Positions 46,501 through 55,500 of a stretch of 64,000 nucleotides of DNA are shown here, piece after piece. Source of the DNA: Lama guanicoe (taxonomy: Eukaryota). How positions within the stretch are numbered: position 1 is the stretch's first letter; each line of letters opens with the position of its first letter. The stretch covers positions 806,001-870,000 of the forward strand of contig MU056756.1 in assembly GCA_013239625.1 (NCBI GenBank), read 5' to 3'. Position numbers and translations under genes: made by a program. The notes under the pieces were generated by a model that made no database searches, was not told the DNA's origin, and was given only the letters and a program-made list of their open reading frames with translations.

Positions 46501-49500
46501 TCCTGGCAGAGACTGAATTTCGAGAAACTTTAGCAAAAGGGAAGCCCTCATGCCCACACTGGGCTTATTTTGTGTTAAAGTTTCCTTCCCTCTGTGTTGA
46601 CACATCGAGTGTCGTGTTGCCCAAAAAAAGCAGTCACTAAACAGTGTTATGGACCTAGGATAATATTTTATGTTGATTATAAATTTAAAATACACTGATT
46701 ACATCTCATAGAAACCCAAGGAACCTTAGTTTGACGTCCTGGGTTAGAACGAAGAGGAATTGCCTGTCCTTCCGCGTGGACCTGTGAGGGCTTAACTGTT
46801 TCGGAAGCTGGAGTTTAGAGATGCATGTGCCACTGTTAGGAAAGACAGCTTCTCCATGAGCTTCCATCTGAGACTGTCGATAATAAAAATTGACTTTTTT
46901 AGGTCCGTGATTTAAAAGCAGAATAGACTTTTTTCTCATGAGCCACAGCGATTCACACACTGAGATTCCCGTCTTGTAGGTGGCAAACACCAAGAAGGAA
47001 ACCGTTTTCAAATGGCTGAAGGATGATGTTCTGTACGAGACGGACAAGGCGCCCGATCTGGAGAAGGGAGTCTGTGAGCTGCTCATACCAAAGGTACCGT
47101 GTGCTCAGGAGACAGACAGAACCAGGCGAGAAAGGCCTTTCTGCGTTATCTCCCGATCTGCGTCCTGAATTTCCATGGTTTGCAAAGAACGTATGTTAAC
47201 GTGGGTTATATTGGATATCGCGGCATCGTTACCTACATGTGGTGTGTGTTTTGTTTGCAGCTGTCAAAGAAGGACCATGGTGAATATAAGGCGACCTTGA
47301 AGGACGAGAGAGGTCAAGACGTGTCTGTCCTTGAGGTGGCTGGCAAAGGTAGACTAAACCTTCCTCTTTCTACTGAAGGGAGCCCCGCCCCGCCCGCAGG
47401 GGGAGCCGAGTCCCGAAGGCGCAGTGTGTGTTTCTGTGGCTGCGGCACACACTGCGTCTTCAGCAGGGACACAGTACAAGATAGATTTGTTCTTGAGTCG
47501 CATTCAGAGCTGTTGCAGGGTTTTAGGAGAAGGTGCGACATTGCTCTGGGCTTGTACGAAGTGCCACCTTAGCCTTAGGACCCAAGTTCGATGCCATTGG
47601 GAACGTAGTTAAAACGGTCCAGACGGTGGTGGAGCAGTTCAATTAAACGTATGGCTGGATTTACGTTGAGTCAAGTGTTCTTGTTCCTCATTCAAAAACG
47701 GACCAGGTTAGGAGGATTTATCGCCACACACGAGCCTTTCCTGGCTCCCTGTTGCCCTGTTAGCATTTCATTTTTCAAATGAACATCCTGATTTCCTGTA
47801 TCAATTTAATTACACGTGAATGTGCTGCTGATAGAATTACCCACCGTAATGGTGCATTTCCTTCCTCCTTTCAGTGTACGAGGATATGATCTTGGCAATG
47901 AGCAGAGTCTGTGGTAAGTACGTGCCTTCTAATTTGCAAGTCATTTTGGGTGCTAAAAATCACTGTTTCCTGAGAAAGGCATTTTCCACAGCTGATGGGG
48001 CCCCGGTGATCGCCTGTAGCAGTTATCCGCCTGCCTCATTGATGCTTCTTCAGGGTGATTTTCAGCCTTATACGTAGAACACGTCTTTTCTTTTAAAAAA
48101 AAGGACAAAACAGGCTCAGTTCGGGCTGCCTGATTAGCCACTTGTTGCAATTCGCCGCGGGTCAGTGGGGGCGGTGCTCTGTGCCTAATTGCTGCCAGAG
48201 TCTTCACCGCAAATGCTGAGCAGCAGCAATGAATTTTTAAGCCTCTGGTTTTGCGTCTGGTTTAATGTGCACGAAACCAGTTTTCAGCTTTGCAAATGCC
48301 TTCTTCCTCTCTGTCTGCCCTTCCGCGGAACCTGTGAGAACAAAGGTTGTGGTTACCCATTTGACAATCGTAGCTTCCATCTGTACAGGGCTCGATGCTG
48401 AGACCGATGAAACCTCATGACCGTGGGCTTTCCAAAGTCGCCCAGTTTACACCTCCAGCAAAGTCCCAAGGCCGACAGCAGCTGGGTGGCTGCGCCCTGC
48501 GTGCTCCGCCAGCCGCAGTCGGGACTCCAGCTGGGAGCTAGTGTCCCTCCCAGGCCCGAGCTCCGCTGCTGTCTCTCAGGGTTCTTCTGGCCCCCTCTGG
48601 GAACTTCTCCGTGTGTGTCTGCAGTGCTTTCTCGAAGCAGCTCTGCAGGGTGCGGTTGCTCCCTTCTGCTTTTGCTCGTCACACAGACGGTCCACGTGGC
48701 CTCTCGAAAAGTGAACATGCTCAGGGAAGGGCCCATTTCCTCCGGTTCCCAGGGTCTTGGGTCGGAGATGCCGGTGCCCGGAAGGACCATGTGGGCTTCC
48801 CTGAGAGTTCTGGGGGCGGAGAGAAGGCGCGGGAGGTCCGGCAGCACCGGGGTCAGGCTCTGGTCCCCGAGGCACCAGGCCTGGTGCTGCTGGACGCTGC
48901 GTTCCGTCCCGTGTGCGACGTCGGGACGGGGAGGAGCGAGTGTCGCTGGATCTGCGACGTGTGTGTAAATACAGAGCGTCACAGGCAGGACTGTTCTCAG
49001 TTCGATTTCTGTTTCTTTACATTAGAGTCATAATTGCTTCTCTTTTCACGTACTCTGTGATAACTGGGTTTTATACAGATTTTATACCGATTGTTTCTAA
49101 CCACTGCCTGGCTTGTCACGGACTCTCTGTGCCGTGGGTTAGACCCTCCTCTGCAGGGACACTGCCACGTTCCCGTCACTACAATTAACTATACAGTCAT
49201 GCACACCTTTGGGCAAAGAGAGGCTTTTGTCAATATTTAGGAGTATTTGCTTTGGGTGAATTCTTGGAAATACAGTGACTGCGTAGAGTCCTGTGTGACT
49301 CTGAGGTTCATATCAAATCTGCAGTTGCTTAGCAAACCCAAGAAGTGGCATTTTGAAAATTCTTTCCCCATCACACCCTCATCCGCAGTTTGAATTCATA
49401 TTATTTTCTTTTATTTTGCAAATGCTGCAAGTATTACTTTCTAGCTGATGGAAGACCGTGAGTCTACGGACTTCCTAAAGTTACGTGTCTCATAGCAGCC

Positions 49501-52500
49501 TCTGCTCCAAGCTCGCTATCGTCCGGGGGAGAGGCTGACCTTCTGGGCCCCTGATCNNNNNNNNNNNNNNNNNNNNNNNNNNNNNNNNNNNNNNNNNNNN
49601 NNNNNNNNNNCGCCGCTGACCCACCCACCCCAGGGCCATCGGGCCCAGTTCCCACTTCGTAGGATTTTCTTACTGCCCGCGGTCTCTGCTGCCCTCTTAG
49701 CCAGTTTCGCTCACCTCAAAGGCAGACCCCTGGCTGCCGTGTCCTTGGCTCCGTCCTGTGTCACTTCCGCTGACTCGTCACCTCCCTTTAGGCGCTGTTC
49801 TGCAGCAGCCAAGTCCCAGGTCGTTCACCTGGCAGATCGCGCAGCACGTACCCGGCACAGTGCTCTTTGCACGACATTTCCTCCTCTTCCTCAGCTGCCA
49901 AGGCCAGATGTCGAGTCTTTAACGTCTGTGTCCCAGATGGGGTCTCCCAGCAAAGAGGTTTTCAGACGATTCCGGTGTGGCAAATGCGTATTTGATGAAG
50001 GACGATGACCTGGGCAAACTGCAGGACTCTGTGGCTGGCAGATGCTAGGCTGTCAGCGAGCGGGCACATTTCCCCCCAGACATGGCGGGCACCTCTGGGG
50101 GCCGCGCCTGTCCGCTGGACACAGCGCGGCTTCCCCCGACCAGAGTGTGCTCTGTCTCCTGCAGGAACGTCGGCGTCTCCCCTGAAGGTACTCTGCACCC
50201 CGGAAGGAATCAAACTTCAGTGTTTCATGAAATATTTTATGGAAGATATGAAAGTGAACTGGTATCACAAGTAAGTACCCGCGTGTGGGGCCGGGGCCGG
50301 CTCACAGCTGGGACCTCGAGCTCGGGGCTGGGTCCTCTCCAGACTTTGCTGTTTAGAGAAAGGATGCAGCCTTTGGCTCGGGGCGGGGACCGTCGCCGGA
50401 AAGTGGGGGGAAAGAGAGAGAAAGAAATGCCCGGAGGTGCCAGAGGCAGAGGTCCTCAAAACTTGGGGGTGTTGCTGGTGACACATGACTTGTCTGGAAT
50501 CTGGCCGAGCTAGTGGGGAAACAGCATTTGGAAGCCACACCCTAGATTTCCAGTCTATTTGTTTCCCACCAGATGGACTGAAAAGGCCCCCAAAGGCCTG
50601 GCAGCCCCCCCCCCCCAGCAGGGTCCACGCTGTGCCTGCAGGCGTTATTTCCTCTAATTAGCATCTCAAAAGGCAAACTGCCTTTAGGATGCTCTTCCTT
50701 GTAGAGCCACCCTTTTGTTTAGGTGAATCTATCCGTGAGTGAACCCAAGTGCTAACCGGGTAAGCGCCCTTGGGAGTCTTTCCTCCTGTTTGGACTTTGA
50801 CAGGCCGTGCTTTTGTCTCAGACGCTGCACTCAGGATCCTCAGACGAGAAGCTGCAGCGGCGTCTCGGTGCGCCGTGTTTGGTGCCAGCGTTGCTGCGGG
50901 CTGGTGGGGGCGGCTGGGGGAGGGGGGGCCACAGGAGCTCCCACCCGAGGGGCTGGTCGGGAAGGGCCTTAGCGGCAGTGTTTTCCCTAAAGGATTCCAG
51001 TCACAGGGGCTGCGGAGACTGAAATCTCCAGTGTGTTTCTGTGATACAGTTGTTTATAAGGATTTGTGTTTTAGGCCGACGGGTTGATCTGTTTCTAGCT
51101 GAATCGAGCCTCGCCCCGGAAAAGGAGAATCCATCGCTCCCTGCCCTGTGCGTCTCTGTCGTCTGCGGCGCGTTGTGTTGCAGAAGGTTGTGTGTAGTTG
51201 TGACGCGCGTCCTGTCTTCCCCTGAAGACCCGTCCATCCGCCGGGGAGCCGGCTCCTTCCCTGGCCTTGCCTCCCCGGGAGCAGCTCGCTCTGTGCTGAG
51301 CGCAGACACAGGCCACACCCCCGTGAGCACAGGGTGGGGCACGCGGGCAGACGCACGTGGGGGCGGTTAGTGTGTGGTAAACACAGCACACAAGACTTCG
51401 CTTACCCTCACAAAAGCCCCGCGAGCCGGGTACCAACACCCACGTTTTACAGACGTGGAAACTGAGGTTTAGCAAGAAATCATCTTGCTCAAAGTCACAC
51501 GACTAGTAAGCGACAGTGCTGGGAAACAGCTACACGGCGGAGCAGGGTCCCAGGCAGGGGCCGCGAGGTGCCGGATGCGCTGCGGGGAGTCCTCTGCCGG
51601 ACCCGCCCGGCCGAGCACCGAGCGCCCGCCTCCCGGAGCTGCTGCAGGAGAGAGACAGACCCACGTGCAGGCTCCTGTCTGGCCGAAGTCCTGGGCTTCA
51701 AGTGCCCGTGACTCGAACTTCCGCAAATCCTCCTCCGCTCCCGCTAAACCCAAGGGGCTTTCGGAAGTAACTCACGTTCACTCGATGCCGTGAAGGTGTG
51801 AACTCACTGTCCCTGGACGCCCCGCACAGCTGGCGCAGGGCTCACGCTTTCTGAGGAGGCAGGAATGGTAGCTGGTGCTCAAACTTTACGTTGAGTTTAT
51901 AAATTGTGGTGAAATACACAAAACGTACAATTTCCCATTTTAACCACCGCTGGGCGAGCAGCTCGGGGGCACTCATGTTGCCGCGCCACCACCACTGGTC
52001 TGCACAGCTTGTCTTCCGCACCCGCCACCCACAACTCCCGCCCCCCCGGCTCCCCCTGCCCGGGCCCCCAACGATCTGCAGGTGGAGTCACACCCTAGTT
52101 GTCCTTTTGTGACTGACACTCAGCACGATGTCCTCCAGGCCCATCTAGATTGTAGCAGGTGTCAGAGTCTCCTCCCTTTTTAAGGCTCAATATTACTCCA
52201 TTGTGCGGATGGACCACAGTTTGTCCGTCACCTCTAGATGGACACTTGTGTTATTTCCACCTTTTGGCTGTTGTGGGGAACAATGCTATGGACACGGATG
52301 TACAAATGTTTGTTCGAGTCCCTGCTTTCAGTTCTTTTGGGTATCTGTCCAGACGTGCAATCACGGGGTCATACGGTGATTCTATTTTTAAGTTTTGAGC
52401 AGAAAAGTGCCATGCTGCATAGAGTATCTGATCGTCTGTGCTGTGTGGGCAACAGGCAGATGTTAAACAACAATGTGTCTTTTAAAACTAACTCCAGATT

Positions 52501-55500
52501 TACTTTTACAAGCTTTCAGAGCTGAGCGACTGAAGTCAATTAGTGAACGTGTAACATCCAGAAAAGTCGATGACCACGTGAGCGCTAGCAAGTCAGAGGA
52601 GGCTGCCTCGCGGGGACCTGGGATGCTGGCCCGGAGGCACCTTGCAGATAAGACGAGATTCTAAATTGCAGTTTGTTCCTGTGACTTTTTTGAAGGGATG
52701 CTAAGATTGCCTCGAGTGAGCACATGAGGATTGGAGGGAGCGAGGAGATGGCCTGGCTGCAGATCTGTGAGCCCACGGAGAAGGACAAGGGGAAATACAC
52801 CTTCGAGATCTTTGACGGCAAAGACAGACACCAGCGCTCCCTGGACCTGTCTGGTCAAGGTCAGAGCACCCCTTTAGCGCCTGATAACGTTGTGCTTAGC
52901 GACTCTCTTCGTGGTCGAGGGGAACTTGACGCTGGAAGGCAAGCAACCTGATTCCACGATTTTCATTCAGAGAAGATCACTTCCCAGCAGTCACCGCGTT
53001 CACTTGGCTGTTTGTCAGTTTTCATTAAGCAGAGTCACCGGCAGAGCAGCTGAGGGGATGAAGAAAAGCCAAACACAGTGAGACGGTTAATAATGTATGA
53101 ATTTTCCCTTGCAGCTTTTGACGAGGCGTTCGCAGAGTTCCAGCAACTCAAGTAAGACTTGCACGTCTGGTCACTGCTCTTCCCTGTGGGGTGTGGCTGA
53201 GTGGCCTTGCTTTGGCTGAGGGTGGGGACCTCTGGGATGCCTGAATGACCCAAGGAACGTGATGTTCCCGGGAACTGGGATAATAATGGCAATTTAAACA
53301 ACTCAATATGTAGATGAAGGTGTTCTTCTGAACTAGAAGTGTTTCTATGAATTAACTTCAGAGTGGTGATAATCCTGGGTTGCTTTAGATGATTAAAACA
53401 CTGAATTTCTAGAATAGTTTTAATCATAGCAACACATCACACAGAGCAGTTTTGTTTAAAATGTTATATATTTAAGTTCTTTTTTGTGACTTTTATTTTT
53501 TTAGAGCAGTTTCAGGTTCAGGACAAAACTGAGGGGAAGGTACACAGATGTCCCGTGCCCCCTGTCCCCCCATACAGCCTCCCTCACTGCCAGCACCCCC
53601 ACCAGATGGTCCATTTGCAACATCCAGGGACCCTCCATGGACACATCACCATCACCCCGAGCCCATGGTTTACACGGGGGCTCCCTCTTGCTGCTGAACG
53701 TTCTGGGGGCTTGGACGAGTGTCTAATGTCATGTGCCTGCCATTGCAGTGTCACACAGAGCAGCTTCACAGCCACAGAACCTCTGTGCTCCATCTGAACA
53801 ACACGGGTTTCAACTTTGTGGGTCTGCTTACACGTGAATCTTTTTCAGTAGTAAACCCGACAGTGCCAGGTGGTCTGCAGTCGGCTGACCCCGCGCACGC
53901 AGACCCGAGATGCTGGAGGGCCGGCTCTAAGTTAAAGGAAGGCTTTCCTAGCCACGTGCCCTTAACCCGCTCCTGCATTGTCTCGTGGCTCGATTGCTCA
54001 TTTTTCTGTAGTGCTGGACAATATCCCGTTGTCCAGAGCAACTTTTTAAGGAATACCTTGGGATTTTTAAATGTGCATCTAAATTTTAGAGTGTCTTAAA
54101 CTGAGGGCCATCCTTGTCCCACACCAGGCTAGTCAGTAACTATTCGTTGAATGGATGACTAAGGAAAATTGGAAACCAATGTTTTCACCAAAACCCATAA
54201 ACCCTCCAGTGCAGCTGGGTGGATCTGGTGAAGACAGAGCTCTCTCCAGCCTGAGCCCGAGTGCTAACCTTTCTGTGGGCTTTAGCAGCTGGGAGACAGG
54301 GCACGCCCACCCCACGTGGGCAGGGAGGGGCATCGGGAGAAACACCAGGATCCAGGTCCCCAGGTCCCCAGGTCCCGCGGCCCGAATGGGTTTTCCTAGA
54401 AGCGCACGTGCCTCCCTCCTCCTGTGCTGCCCCCGCTCACGTGTGATGCTTTGGTAGATAGCCTGTTCTCACCACTCTGTTTGCTCTCTCCTCTCCGCCC
54501 CCGTGGTTTTCAGGGCAGCTGCTTTTGCAGAGAAAAGTAAGTACCTGTGAGATTATAACGAGTGTAATACATCATTATTTGGGTGGGGCAGAAGGGGCAA
54601 TAGTTTATTCATTTTATGCTTTAAATAATACACAGAAAACCATCTCACCTGACAGGAGACCCTCCCTCCGGCTCCCACCCACTCACCCCTGCCCCCGCTC
54701 CTTCCCTGGACCCCTGTCTGCCTCCCAGCCTCTGCCACCTGTTCTGTGGCCTTTTACACGACAGTCAGTCCGGGGCAGCCATGAGAGGGGACGCAGGGGA
54801 GGCTCAGGGAATGGTGTACTGTGCTCTCGGGTCCTGAGACAGGACCACACGGGCCACGTGGGGGTGGTCAGGGTGTCAGGAGGCAGAAGATGGGAGGGAG
54901 GGGGACTGAGGCTATGGCCTTTGTTGGGGTTTCCAGGGCGGGGGGAGCCCATAAAACTGGCTGGTTTTAATGATTTTGTTGGACTTTGGGCTCCACGGGT
55001 GTTCCTGGCTGCCTTGCTCCCGGCCTGGGTAATTCTGGCAGAGGAACATCGCCTCCTGGGTGCAGGGCAGACGGGGGAGGCCTGGCCTGGCTGGGCTGTT
55101 GGCACCTGGCCTGGCCGGGCTCTTGGCATCAAGAGGGTTTGGGATGCGAGAGCATCATGATAGACAGAGAACACACGCATCTCTGTAGCACACCGCCGTC
55201 GCAAACCCTCTCTCGATATGCCAAGACCCCGCTTCCCGACCAATTACAGCTGACGAGTTGAGCCCTAGGTGAAATCTTCGTCCTCAAAGCCTCTCAGAGC
55301 CCGAATTTCCTGTAGAGCTTTTCACAGCGCAGAATCAGTCACTCGCCCCGCCCCGAGCCCCGGCCCCCGTCGCGCTGCCGTATCCGCGGGCCCTCCGCGA
55401 GGAGCACAGCCCCTCCTGCCTGCCTTCTGTGCCCTTGGGGCTCAGCCCGGGGCCCGACCCCCCCGGGACGCCCCTGTGGACAGGTTTTCTCAGCCGAGTT

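Noticed and set aside
45824-49610. Missing exons hidden in the two N gaps
   Set aside because: Exons 28-29 and 31-32 join in frame and match the recalled protein without a gap.
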